Assembly (NCBI GenBank): GCA_964504265.1
Contig: CAZDEU010000001.1
Location: forward strand, 4,412 to 68,411
Length of the DNA stretch: 64,000 bases
Direction of reading: 5' to 3'
Source of the DNA: an uncultured Bacteroidales bacterium
Lineage (GTDB): Bacteria; Bacteroidota; Bacteroidia; Bacteroidales; JAKIYJ01
This document shows, in pieces, positions 18,096 to 27,120 of the stretch (the stretch's first letter is position 1; every line of letters begins with the position of its first letter). The notes under the pieces were generated by a model that saw only the letters and a program-made list of their open reading frames with translations, had not been told where the DNA came from and did no database searches. The translations under genes and the position numbers were made by a program.

Positions 18096-18686
18096 TTAAA
18101 ATAAATCTAGTTCTGCTTGAAATTTAATATCTGGAAAGTTTTTTATTATCCAATTTTTATCCTCTACATTTAAACCTTTCCATAAAGTATTTCTAAATTG
18201 ATAATTTATTCCGGACCTGGAAATTATATCAATGCTCCTATATAGATTATCTATATTATTATAATGGAAATATTTTGAATAATTTTCAAATTTAGATTTT
18301 ATATCCATTGCTACAAAATCAATTAATTTATTATCAATAATATTTTTTAATAATTCTGGATTAGTGCCATTAGTGTCAAGTTTTATTTTTTTATTTGTCC
18401 GCTGTTTTAAATAATGTAATAAATATAATAAATCATTTTCTTGTAATGTTGGCTCACCACCACTTATTACAATTCCATTTGCTAAATTAGTTATAACATC
18501 ATAAACGGTATGAATTATTTGTTCTTTTGTGAATATGCCAAATTCTCGCATTGCTTTGCGGTTATGGCAATATTCACAGGTTAAATTGCAACCATTAAAA
18601 AATATTACTGATGATATATAACCTGGATAATCTATTAATGATGATTTTTGAAATCCAAACAATTTAATATTTTGAAAATTATTCAT
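18096..18686 (-). CDS. nrdG: anaerobic ribonucleotide reductase activating protein (radical SAM)
   Basis: CNLTCEYCHN (CxxxCxxC) near the N-terminus. About 196 aa, directly downstream of nrdD. Confidence 0.85.
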   Translation of the reverse strand: MNNFQNIKLFGFQKSSLIDYPGYISSVIFFNGCNLTCEYCHNRKAMREFGIFTKEQIIHTVYDVITNLANGIVISGGEPTLQENDLLYLLHYLKQRTNKKIKLDTNGTNPELLKNIIDNKLIDFVAMDIKSKFENYSKYFHYNNIDNLYRSIDIISRSGINYQFRNTLWKGLNVEDKNWIIKNFPDIKFQAELDLF

Positions 18687-18706
18687 TTATCAATTAGTCC
18701 TTTCAA

Positions 18707-18750
18707 GTTTAAATTATTTTATATAAATTTTTATATAAAATAATTTAAAC
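18707..18750. repeat. A/T palindrome P7 (type C)
   Basis: GTTTAAATTATTTTATATAAATTTTTATATAAAATAATTTAAAC, between nrdD and nrdG. Confidence 0.9.
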
Positions 18751-18761
18751 TATATAATAAA

Positions 18762-20711
18762 TTATTTCGTATTATCTTTTAACCATTTTAAATAAGAACC
18801 TGCACCTGATAATTTACTTATTATTTCACTTCCTTTAACTTTCATTAAACAAGGCAACTCATCAACATTATAATAACTTGCCAATGCTAAACCTTTATAT
18901 TCGTGAGTATCAAGTATTTTTACATTTTCATTTAGCTTTCCTGATAATTGTTTTTTAACTGTTTCGCATTTTTCGCAATTAGGTTTCTGAAAAAATAAAA
19001 TCTGTTCGCCGTTATTGAATTCAACATTTTCAAATTGCTGCATACTGAAATCAACTTTTGTTCTATCTTTTAATTCTGCTAATTTGGATTTTGTCCAACC
19101 TGAAATTTGACTAAAATACCCTGTTATTCTTGTTGTGTTATATATGTTATTAGAGCCGCATGACGGGCATATGTCATTTAAACCTTTAAATGTGTTATGA
19201 CAATCTTTACATACTGTCATATCAGGACTATCCGCTGTTTGAACTGCATTTGTATTTAATAATGTTGTTTTATATAATTCTTTTAATGCTTTTGGGTCTG
19301 GCTCTGTATCCCCAAACCAATTATGAATTATAGAACCTGCCTTTATCATTGAAGCAAATTTACTTTGTTTTTCTATTCTGGTTAATATATCAACATTTGC
19401 ATTATAAACTAAATGAACCGAATTAGTATAATATACTTCGCCTTTTTCTATATTACCGTTGACATAATGTTTTGCTTCTTTGAATTGTTGTAAATCTAAT
19501 AATGCTGCCCTTAAACTTAATCCTTCTGCTGGTGTTTCTTCGAGCATAACATTTAGATTATATTTATTTGCTAATTCATCCATTTTTAGTTTTATATATG
19601 CTATTATTTCTAATCCAAATTTTAAGGTTTCTTCTGTTTCATGTAAATTAGTTTTTGTATATTGTTTTACCAATTCATTTAATCCGATTATCCCTATTAA
19701 AAACTTTGCTTCATTCCTTCTTAAATAAGGTTTATTATCAAAGCCTTTTGTTAAAAAACCTAAACAACCTTTTTCACCTTTATCTAATAATTTACATATG
19801 TATTCATATTTCGTTTTATGTCCTTGCATACATAAATCAATTAATCTATCTATTTCACTATACATTTCTTTATGCGTTTTACATTTATAACCAATTCTTG
19901 GTAAATTTATTGTTATATTCTGCCATGCTGAAAATCGCATTTCCTCTGGCGTTTTTATTAATCTTTCTGTTTCTTCTTTTGTTAAATTTATTGACAATCT
20001 GCAGCATTGAGATATCTTAACATCTTCACCTCTGTCGTAAAGTATATATATTGAACCTCTTTTAGAATTTACTCTGCAAGCAAAATCTAATAGTTCATCA
20101 TCAAAACTATTTTTATTTATATGTAATAATATTTTTGGAAATGCGAAGTTTGCTTTATTTGCATCGCCTTTTTCGATTACTTCAAATATAGCTTTTAAAA
20201 ATAATCTCATTTCATTTTCATATTCGGAATAATTTAATCCTGTATATTTTCCACCTGCTCCTCTTGCTGGTGTATTTTTATAGTGGTCTGGAACTTTTAA
20301 ATACATATTGAAATCACTGAATACAACTTGGCCGCCTCGATTTCCGGCTAACTGTGCAAAGCTAAAAATCAAATGCTGTGCAACCTGTTTAATTTGATAA
20401 TATTCTAAATCTTTTAGTAGTGGTGCGAAAAACATATTAACACATTCAAACCCAATAGCGCCAGAAAATAAACCTTGTAAATAATTTGCAAAACATTGAA
20501 TATGATTAACTAATGTTTGAGCGTGTTTTGCGGGTTCACTATGACTAACATTTGGTAATTTTAAACCATATCTTTTTATATATTCAATAGAATTACCAGA
20601 ACAATTATGCGTATGTATATTATTGACTAATAAAGTATGTGATGATGTTGTAATATCATATACCTTATTAACTGTTTTAATTTTTTTTATTGATATTATT
20701 TTATTTAACAT
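18762..20711 (-). CDS. nrdD: NrdD C-terminal fragment: 36-aa intein C-piece + C-extein + C-terminal redoxin-like domain
   Basis: Starts MLNKIISIKKIKTVNKVYDITTSSHTLLVNNIHTHN|CSGNSIEY (intein block G HN|C). Glycyl-radical motif TRITGYF (Gly codon ~19119-19121). Zn ribbon CKDC...CPSCG. Terminal CEKC thioredoxin-fold-like segment. Confidence 0.85.
   Translation of the reverse strand: MLNKIISIKKIKTVNKVYDITTSSHTLLVNNIHTHNCSGNSIEYIKRYGLKLPNVSHSEPAKHAQTLVNHIQCFANYLQGLFSGAIGFECVNMFFAPLLKDLEYYQIKQVAQHLIFSFAQLAGNRGGQVVFSDFNMYLKVPDHYKNTPARGAGGKYTGLNYSEYENEMRLFLKAIFEVIEKGDANKANFAFPKILLHINKNSFDDELLDFACRVNSKRGSIYILYDRGEDVKISQCCRLSINLTKEETERLIKTPEEMRFSAWQNITINLPRIGYKCKTHKEMYSEIDRLIDLCMQGHKTKYEYICKLLDKGEKGCLGFLTKGFDNKPYLRRNEAKFLIGIIGLNELVKQYTKTNLHETEETLKFGLEIIAYIKLKMDELANKYNLNVMLEETPAEGLSLRAALLDLQQFKEAKHYVNGNIEKGEVYYTNSVHLVYNANVDILTRIEKQSKFASMIKAGSIIHNWFGDTEPDPKALKELYKTTLLNTNAVQTADSPDMTVCKDCHNTFKGLNDICPSCGSNNIYNTTRITGYFSQISGWTKSKLAELKDRTKVDFSMQQFENVEFNNGEQILFFQKPNCEKCETVKKQLSGKLNENVKILDTHEYKGLALASYYNVDELPCLMKVKGSEIISKLSGAGSYLKWLKDNTK
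18765..19040 (-). other. thioredoxin/glutaredoxin-like domain fused to the NrdD C-terminus
   Basis: EQILFFQKPNCEKCETVKKQL, with CxxC codons at 18966-18977. Lies downstream of the glycyl-radical motif. Confidence 0.5.
20604..20711 (-). other. split-intein C fragment (36 aa)
   Basis: VYDITT...LLVNNIHTHN followed by Cys+1. The length is typical of natural split-intein C pieces. Confidence 0.7.
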
Positions 20712-21591
20712 TTTTTATCCACTCCTGTATTTTATTTTTTAAATCAATATCAGATAAATTAAAATCTAAATCTGTTAAAAATAAATAATTAATAGATTTT
20801 TCTTTATATGCTTGTGCTAATTGCATATTCTCCTCAGCATTATGAAATCGACCACCTAAAATTTCAATTACAGCATGTTTATCTGAATATTTTGTTATTA
20901 TAAAATCAGGGTTTTTATGATATAATTTATTTTTAAAATTTATTGTAATCCAAAATTTAAAATCACCTGTAAATTTTACATTATCAATATTTAAGTCTAT
21001 TACACGCTGTTCCCAACTGTTTATTTTATATTTTATATGAGGATGTTGCCTATAATATTCATATTGGCATTCTGTTGAACAAAATTTTCTATCTTTATTT
21101 TTACCTAAAAACATTGGTAGGACGAACATTTCTTTTTTACATAATTTACATTTAAAAATTACAGCATTATTTTCAAAATATTTTTCAGTTTTTTCTTTTA
21201 TCGCTTTTCTAATTTTTATTAAGTTATTTTCATCTTTATATTTTTCTTTTTTTGTTTTTGACATGCTTAGTTTTGAGTCTTCTGTATGTTTTTTATCCTG
21301 CATTGGATTTTTATTTGTTTTGTAATATTCTTTTTTTATATCACTTAACTTTAATTTTCTATTTTTTGCTGTTTCTTCTGACATATTTTTTATTGGGTTA
21401 TTATTTTTCATTCTTTCTTTTCTTTTTATTACTTCTTCTGGACTATAAATTTCCTCCCATTTTTTACCTTTATTTGTTTTTCTATTTTTAAATGATTCCA
21501 TTATTTGTTTTCTTTTTATTTCAGCATATTCTTTTCCATAGATTTCTTCCCAAGTTTTACCTTTTGTTGATTTCGGCATAAAATAAATCAC
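20701..21591 (-). mobile_element. free-standing homing endonuclease gene inserted between the two intein halves
   Basis: NUMOD3-like repeats (KGKTWEEIYGKEYAEIKRK, KGKKWEEIYSPEEVIKRK, KKHTEDSKLSMSKTKK), zinc-finger CKLCKK...CSTEC, and C-terminal NPDFIITKYSDKHAVIEILGGRFH (Vsr/DUF559-like PD-(D/E)xK pattern). Overlaps both flanking ORFs. Confidence 0.55.
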
Positions 21592-22399
21592 CTACTTTTA
21601 AATCTTTTGTTTGTAATTCTATATAGTTATTTTCATCATTATATTTTAAACAAGGATGGTCTTCTGTAACAAATAACTTTTCGCCAGTTTCCAATTCGAT
21701 TTCATATATATCTTTTTTGTTATTTAGTTCAACTAAATTAATTAATTCAACATATCCTGTTTTATCTAATATTTGATATTCTTTAATATTTGTTGTTTTT
21801 AATCTTTCATATAATTCTTTAATTGTTATTATTTCTGTTTTATCATTTCTTTTTATTGTTATTAATGATAAATCACCATCAAAGGCGTAGGGTCGATTTG
21901 GGAAGTCCAAATCGTGTAAATGTATATCACCTTTTAAATGGGCTTCAGATATTTGTTTACTAAATATTTCTTTTAAAGCATATTGTTTTTGAATTTGTCC
22001 TGCTATTGCAAGGTTAATACTTTCAGGGCTAAAAGATGTATTTGAATTTTCTGAATTGTGTTCTTCTAATAGTTTTTTAACATCATAAGTTGGTAATGAT
22101 AATGAATTATATTTCAAATGGTCGTCGATTTTTTCTTGAGATAAAAAATAATTTATAATATTACGAATAAAACTTGTATTAATATTTAACAATTCATTTT
22201 TAAGTAAGAACTGCTCTGCTTTAACTGCTATTTTTTCGGCAATTACTTTATCTAACTCTATTTCTTTAACTAATGAGTTAACTATAAAATCTTTATTAAA
22301 AGATTCAAAACATTCTTCGCTATCTGACTGAACCATCATTTGAATATTAGTGCTGTTACCTGTTTTCTTATTTAATTTTTTAACTTTAATAGGTGTCAT
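21557..22399 (-). CDS. nrdD: NrdD N-terminal fragment: N-extein + 109-aa intein N-piece
   Basis: Likely start ATG 22399 (SD GGGGATG); the track start at 22453 is an over-extension. GDIHLHDLDFPNRPY then AFDGDLSLITIK...VTEDHP (intein blocks A/B) up to the stop. Confidence 0.8.
   Translation of the reverse strand: MTPIKVKKLNKKTGNSTNIQMMVQSDSEECFESFNKDFIVNSLVKEIELDKVIAEKIAVKAEQFLLKNELLNINTSFIRNIINYFLSQEKIDDHLKYNSLSLPTYDVKKLLEEHNSENSNTSFSPESINLAIAGQIQKQYALKEIFSKQISEAHLKGDIHLHDLDFPNRPYAFDGDLSLITIKRNDKTEIITIKELYERLKTTNIKEYQILDKTGYVELINLVELNNKKDIYEIELETGEKLFVTEDHPCLKYNDENNYIELQTKDLKVGDLFYAEINKR
21560..21886 (-). other. split-intein N fragment (109 aa) with Ala at position 1
   Basis: Codon GCC at 21884-21886 follows CGA CCC TAC (RPY). 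Block B TxxH appears as TEDH. Confidence 0.65.
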
Positions 22400-22495
22400 T
22401 ATAAAAAACATCCCCTTTAATAAAAAATAAAAAATTGGTATGGTTACCAGCATACCAATTTTAAAAGTTTAAATATATAATTAAAATATTTCTAA

Positions 22496-22678
22496 TTATC
22501 TAAATTGATGCTCGGAAATTAAAATACCAATAATAAATCCTGTAATAAATAAGATTAATGCTGAAAAATATTGAACATTTAAATAACCTAATTTGTATAA
22601 AAATAAAGTGAATAATCCACCGAATGCTACTGATAAAATTACTAATAAAACTGATTGAAAAGTATTATCTAATTCCAT
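22496..22678 (-). CDS. small two-TM membrane protein (holin-like topology, unproven)
   Basis: 60 aa with two hydrophobic helices. Confidence 0.35.
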   Translation of the reverse strand: MELDNTFQSVLLVILSVAFGGLFTLFLYKLGYLNVQYFSALILFITGFIIGILISEHQFR

Positions 22679-22701
22679 CTTTTAAAGTTCTCCTATCTTA
22701 T

Positions 22702-22745
22702 TTTTAAATTATTTTATAATTATTTTAGTATAAAATAAATTAAAC
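22702..22745. repeat. A/T palindrome P8 (type B variant)
   Basis: Loop reads ATTATTTTAG. Confidence 0.85.
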
Positions 22746-22747
22746 TT

Positions 22748-23716
22748 TTATATTTGAATTGTGAATTTATTTATGTAATAATATAAAAAGTTTTTATTAT
22801 CGATTACTTTATCGTAAACCGCATTGCCCAAACATATAACTTTTTTATCATAACATAATGCTTCAATACCAACACTTGAATTTATTGTTATAACTTCATT
22901 ACAGTTATCTAATAGATTATGCAATTTATAAGTATCTGCAAATCTATAATCTTTAAAGTATTTTTGTATTTCTGATTTATTTTCTGTTAATGGATGATTT
23001 CTGATTAAATATTTTTTGTGTGGATTATCTTTTAAGTATTTTAGAATGGTTGAATTGTTTATTATTTTATCTTGATAATAAAGTATATTAGCATCATTTT
23101 GAACTTGTAAAATTACCAGGCTATAATTATTTATATTTATGGTATCATTACATTTGTCATCTGCTATGCGTGTTATTTGATTTTGTTTATAATTATCAAT
23201 AAATGTATTGATATTGTCTAATTCTTGGTTATTTAACTGTTTAAACCTATAATGATTAGTATAGTCTTTATAGAAATCTGAATATACTGAAACATCATTT
23301 TTATCTCTTATTAAATGATTTTTAAATGCTGAATAATCAAGTATTTCGGTTTCAATGTTTCTTTCTTTTGCCATTAAATATGGAATTTTTCTAAATGATA
23401 AAACATTATTCCAGCTTATTACTTTATCTATTTTATTATTGTTAAATATATTTTCAAAATAATCAATATATGATATAGCGGCATTTTTATAATTATTCAT
23501 TGATAAATTTAACTCTGCTAATTTTTCATATCTGCATAATATGTCTAAAATATAACCTTTATATATATTATCTGTTATGTTATGCTCTATTATTTCTATA
23601 TCTTTTGATTTAACAAATAAAATATTATCATATAAAATATCTGCTATATTTTCTAATGTTTTATCCCATTCAAAGAGCGGTATTAAATTCATTTTAAATT
23701 TCCTCGATATTTTCAA
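22748..23716 (-). CDS. capsule-polysaccharide-biosynthesis-like (KpsC/KpsS family-like) glycosyltransferase
   Basis: C-terminal pattern LIRNHPLTENK...VITINSSVGIEALCYDKKVICLGNAVYD resembles the Capsule_synth family as I recall it. Confidence 0.4.
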   Translation of the reverse strand: MKISRKFKMNLIPLFEWDKTLENIADILYDNILFVKSKDIEIIEHNITDNIYKGYILDILCRYEKLAELNLSMNNYKNAAISYIDYFENIFNNNKIDKVISWNNVLSFRKIPYLMAKERNIETEILDYSAFKNHLIRDKNDVSVYSDFYKDYTNHYRFKQLNNQELDNINTFIDNYKQNQITRIADDKCNDTININNYSLVILQVQNDANILYYQDKIINNSTILKYLKDNPHKKYLIRNHPLTENKSEIQKYFKDYRFADTYKLHNLLDNCNEVITINSSVGIEALCYDKKVICLGNAVYDKVIDNKNFLYYYINKFTIQI

Positions 23717-23900
23717 TAAATATAGAAGCTAATCCAACATTATCAATAGTGATTACTGAATAATCGCCATCAATTCTTGTTAATAATCCTTCGTAGATTG
23801 ATTTGCCTTCAACTAATTTATTTAAAGTTACTTTATATTTATTGTTTAATTTTAAATTTATATTATTCATTTTATAACTTACTATTCTTTCTAAATACAT
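23694..23900 (-). CDS. hypothetical protein
   Basis: 68-aa ORF with SD AAAGGA. Confidence 0.4.
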   Translation of the reverse strand: MYLERIVSYKMNNINLKLNNKYKVTLNKLVEGKSIYEGLLTRIDGDYSVITIDNVGLASIFIENIEEI

Positions 23901-23912
23901 TTTAAAATCCTT

Positions 23913-24086
23913 TCATTTTAATTGGTTGAAATTTCTTTCATAATCAAATTTCATATTACTGAAAATGTTATCTAATTCCGCTAATGGTAATATAATATAT
24001 GAACCATCTTTTTTATATAGCATTAGCGGAATTTCAGGCGTTAATAAATCTAAATCTTTTACAGGTATTGGAAATATTACTTGCAT
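23913..24086 (-). CDS. unannotated 57-aa ORF
   Basis: Hand translation MQVIFPIPVKDLDLLTPEIPLMLYKKDGSYIILPLAELDNIFSNMKFDYERNFNQLK. Below the track length cutoff. Tightly coupled to the neighbouring ORFs. Confidence 0.35.
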   Translation of the reverse strand: MQVIFPIPVKDLDLLTPEIPLMLYKKDGSYIILPLAELDNIFSNMKFDYERNFNQLK

Positions 24087-24088
24087 AT

Positions 24089-24139
24089 TTATTTCTTCTT
24101 TGTCGTGGATTTTTTAGGTTTACTCGTTTTACATGGCAT
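24089..24139 (-). CDS. possible 16-aa basic micro-ORF (MPCKTSKPKKSTTKKK)
   Basis: ATG 24139 with strong SD GAGGGGTG. The stop is 2 nt before the next ATG. Confidence 0.2.
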   Translation of the reverse strand: MPCKTSKPKKSTTKKK

Positions 24140-24187
24140 ATCAAACACCCCTCATTTCAGATAATTTTTCATTTCGTGAAATATCCT

Positions 24188-24231
24188 TTTTAATTTATTT
24201 TATAATTATTTTTATATAAAATAATTTAAAA
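24188..24231. repeat. A/T palindrome P9 (type B)
   Basis: TTTAATTTATTTTATAATTATTTTTATATAAAATAATTTAAA. Confidence 0.9.
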
Positions 24232-24348
24232 TTCTTGTAAAATTTCTTTACTTGCTTCTTTAAAAACATCTATAAATATTATTAAGCATAATAATGCTGA
24301 AGCTGTAAATATTATTGGTGATAATCCGATTAGTATTAAATATCTCAT
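24226..24348 (-). CDS. unannotated 40-aa hydrophobic peptide
   Basis: MRYLILIGLSPIIFTASALLCLIIFIDVFKEASKEILQEF. ATG lies 1 nt after the dut stop. Confidence 0.3.
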   Translation of the reverse strand: MRYLILIGLSPIIFTASALLCLIIFIDVFKEASKEILQEF

Positions 24349-24349
24349 T

Positions 24350-24955
24350 TTATTTCACCATATCAGTTGAACCAAAACCATTGTGATTTTCATGGTCTTC
24401 AACTTTACCTTGTTTTATATTTATATTTTCTTTTTTAACGATTTCTAATTGAGCAATTAAAGTTCCCGCTGGGATTATAACATCTTTATTAGTTAAATTT
24501 ATAACCGGAAATTTATGCTCTTTAACGAAATCGCTATCAATTAAACCTTCTGAATTAGTTTGAATTAAACCATATTTTTTAAATGTTGAACTTCTTGGTA
24601 ATAATTTTGCGCCATAACCTTCAGGGTATTGTATTTTAATATTCATCGGAATTAAAACTTGATGATAAATATTGTATTGATTATTCAAATTATTAATTGT
24701 TTTTTCTACATTTTCAAATTCCGATGCTTCGTGCTTTTTCATTTTTCCTTCATATATATCTTTCAGTAATTCAAATAAATATTTTACTGTATTTTGTGTC
24801 TGTTTGAAATAATTATTACAAGGTATTATTATTTCTTCTCGATTATAAATATCGATACCTAAACTACCATTGGTTGCATATTTAATCATTTCCATTGAAT
24901 TATCAATTAATTCAACTATAATTTCAGGTTCAGATAATAACTTTAACTTTTTCAT
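24350..24955 (-). CDS. dut: dUTP pyrophosphatase with internal insertion
   Basis: GSLGIDIY and C-terminal GFGSTD motifs. Start moved to ATG 24955 (SD AGGAGA 9 nt upstream); the track start at 25006 would swallow the upstream A/T box. Confidence 0.75.
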   Translation of the reverse strand: MKKLKLLSEPEIIVELIDNSMEMIKYATNGSLGIDIYNREEIIIPCNNYFKQTQNTVKYLFELLKDIYEGKMKKHEASEFENVEKTINNLNNQYNIYHQVLIPMNIKIQYPEGYGAKLLPRSSTFKKYGLIQTNSEGLIDSDFVKEHKFPVINLTNKDVIIPAGTLIAQLEIVKKENINIKQGKVEDHENHNGFGSTDMVK

Positions 24956-25065
24956 TTTGTAGTTTCTCCTTATTTGATTTTTATTTATATAATTAAAATA
25001 AGTCATAAATTTTAACCTATAACGCTGTTTTAAATTGTTAATATAAAAATACTTATTAAAATGAT

Positions 25066-25098
25066 TAACCCTATCTTAAACCTTAAAGAAACTATGTT
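25066..25098 (+). repeat. 35-nt motif copy a (plus orientation)
   Basis: TTAACCCTATCTTAAACCTTAAAGAAACTATGTT. Similarity to copy b extends upstream to ~25039. Confidence 0.8.
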
Positions 25099-25498
25099 AT
25101 CGTTTATGTATAAACAAAAATAGCATAAAGCGTTTTTAATGTTTTATGCTATAAATTTAATTTGAAAGGATGATTGTAAAATAGGTTATTAAACATATTA
25201 AAATCTCTAAAAAAGATTAAAAATTTTAATAAATTATTAATTAGTCAACGCTTAAAAAGCGTTTACTCTAAATGGGTGAAACCCTACACCCTCTATCCTG
25301 TCAGTAAATACTTTCAGGAATACTTTTTAATATTGATTTACAGTTAAAAGACCTTTGTTATTAATAAATAATAACTATTAGTTATCTTAAAACTTCAATA
25401 TTGGAGTTATTGTATAATATTTTATTATATTTGTCAATATATTTTATTTATATTTTTAATATTATTATAAGATTTTAACAATATCTTTAATCATATAA

Positions 25499-27058
25499 TT
25501 AAATTATTGATTTTTTATTATCTGTTATTGATAATTCTTTTATTAAATCTTCTACTTTTAGATTATTCTTTTTGCAATAATCTTCTATTGTTACCATCGA
25601 ATATCTTATCCCATTAATTATTTTAAATTCATCAGTTACTTTATACGGCGATACAGGCATTAATACCATTTCGCTTTCATAATCTGTAATAAATGTTGGA
25701 TTATATAATATTATTTGCTCACCATTAAATCTTGTATTTATATTTTTTTCGTAAAAGTTAATTGTTATTGTTTCCTGAAAGTCTTTTAATGTCTTAAAAT
25801 ATGACATATCAAATGTTGAAATGAACTCTTGATTATAACCTTTTATGTTATTTATCAAAACCAATTTATCATTTATATATAATTTATTATTTTCAACTTT
25901 AAATTCAACATATTCTGTCGGCTTCAATCCTTTATGATTTTTATTTTTTATCTGTGTATTTGATAATGCTTCTAAAAGTCTATTTTTATTTACTGTTATT
26001 TTATATGCTAATTTATTTTCTTCAGGCGTAACATTTTTTAATTGCTGTTTGTTTATTGGATTTTTCATTTCTACTGTTATTAATTTTTGATTGTATTTGC
26101 TATTGAAATCATCAGCAGAATAAAAACCGTCCGATAACTCGGATTTTATTTTATATGCTACTGCACCATTTGTAATATAAGCGAATTTATCTTCAACATT
26201 GAAGCCTTTATAATTCGGTGCTATTGGTTGTAATTTTAAACTATTATAAATATCTATTGCATTATTTTTTATTTTGCTTGTCGCTTTAATTTCATAAGCA
26301 TTATCTAATCTATTATAAAATGCTTCGTCATTATCTAAAAATAACATTGATTTTGCAAATGTTATGTCATTAGCTTCATATGCTCTTCCATTACGATAAA
26401 CTTTTGCATTTTTGCCATTATTGGCGCACATTGCAATTATTTTAAATTTATTATCTGATAATAGTATTGGTGATTTTGTAGCTTCTAAAGATAGTGTTAT
26501 ATCAGTTAAATATTTTATTGCAGTTTTTAAAATATTCACATTGAAAAATGTTACAAAGTAATCAACGCTTGAATCTTTAACTATTACTTTAGCATTTTTT
26601 ACAGGTATTTCATTTATATATAAAACATTTTCAACTACTTCAATTTTTATATATTCAATAGGTTTAATAGATTTTACAAATTGTTTTATTGTTTGTGGTC
26701 CTAACGATTTTATTACTTCTTCGCTTTCAAAAAATCCTTTTATGTTTTCAGTTTTAACTTTTTCCTGTGTTTGATTTAATATACTAGTTAAATCTTTTTT
26801 GTTAGTTTTAATTTCATAACATATATTTTCTGGAGTGGCGTGTTTAAATAATGATGCTGGAATATAATTATAACCATCTGCTATTTTATTTAAATTGTTA
26901 TCATATAATCCATCGAGCATTTCAGTTTTAACTGATAAACATATATGACCGTTACCAATATATGCAATATTATTTTCAACATTTGCACCGTCAAATGATT
27001 TGCCGCTTATACCATATTTTTCTGCATATTCTGTCAATGTTTTAATTATATTTTTCAT
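25499..27058 (-). CDS. hypothetical protein made of two homologous halves
   Basis: Internal duplication: KSFDGANVENNIAYIGNGHICLSVKTEMLDGLYD...PIEYIKIEVVENVLYINEIPV versus YKGFNVEDKFAYITNGAVAYKIKSELSDGFYS...PTEYVEFKVENNKLYINDKLV. Confidence 0.6.
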   Translation of the reverse strand: MKNIIKTLTEYAEKYGISGKSFDGANVENNIAYIGNGHICLSVKTEMLDGLYDNNLNKIADGYNYIPASLFKHATPENICYEIKTNKKDLTSILNQTQEKVKTENIKGFFESEEVIKSLGPQTIKQFVKSIKPIEYIKIEVVENVLYINEIPVKNAKVIVKDSSVDYFVTFFNVNILKTAIKYLTDITLSLEATKSPILLSDNKFKIIAMCANNGKNAKVYRNGRAYEANDITFAKSMLFLDNDEAFYNRLDNAYEIKATSKIKNNAIDIYNSLKLQPIAPNYKGFNVEDKFAYITNGAVAYKIKSELSDGFYSADDFNSKYNQKLITVEMKNPINKQQLKNVTPEENKLAYKITVNKNRLLEALSNTQIKNKNHKGLKPTEYVEFKVENNKLYINDKLVLINNIKGYNQEFISTFDMSYFKTLKDFQETITINFYEKNINTRFNGEQIILYNPTFITDYESEMVLMPVSPYKVTDEFKIINGIRYSMVTIEDYCKKNNLKVEDLIKELSITDNKKSII

Positions 27059-27083
27059 TTTAAAGTTCTCCTTATTTGATTTT

Positions 27084-27115
27084 CAGGTTTTTATTCAGAA
27101 CCTGTTAAACTGAAT
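27084..27115 (-). promoter_or_regulatory. pseudoknot-like leader element, copy 3
   Basis: CAGGTT 27084-89 pairs with AACCTG 27099-104. ATTCAG 27093-98 pairs with CTGAAT 27110-15. Confidence 0.6.
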
Positions 27116-27120
27116 TTATA

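Noticed and set aside
24956-25498. tRNA or tmRNA genes in the large non-coding gaps (also 41395-42342 and 44449-44880).
   Set aside because: I could not find an acceptor stem, T-arm or T-loop (GTTCRANYC-like) arrangement. The stems present do not give a cloverleaf. A proper tRNAscan or Infernal run is still advisable.
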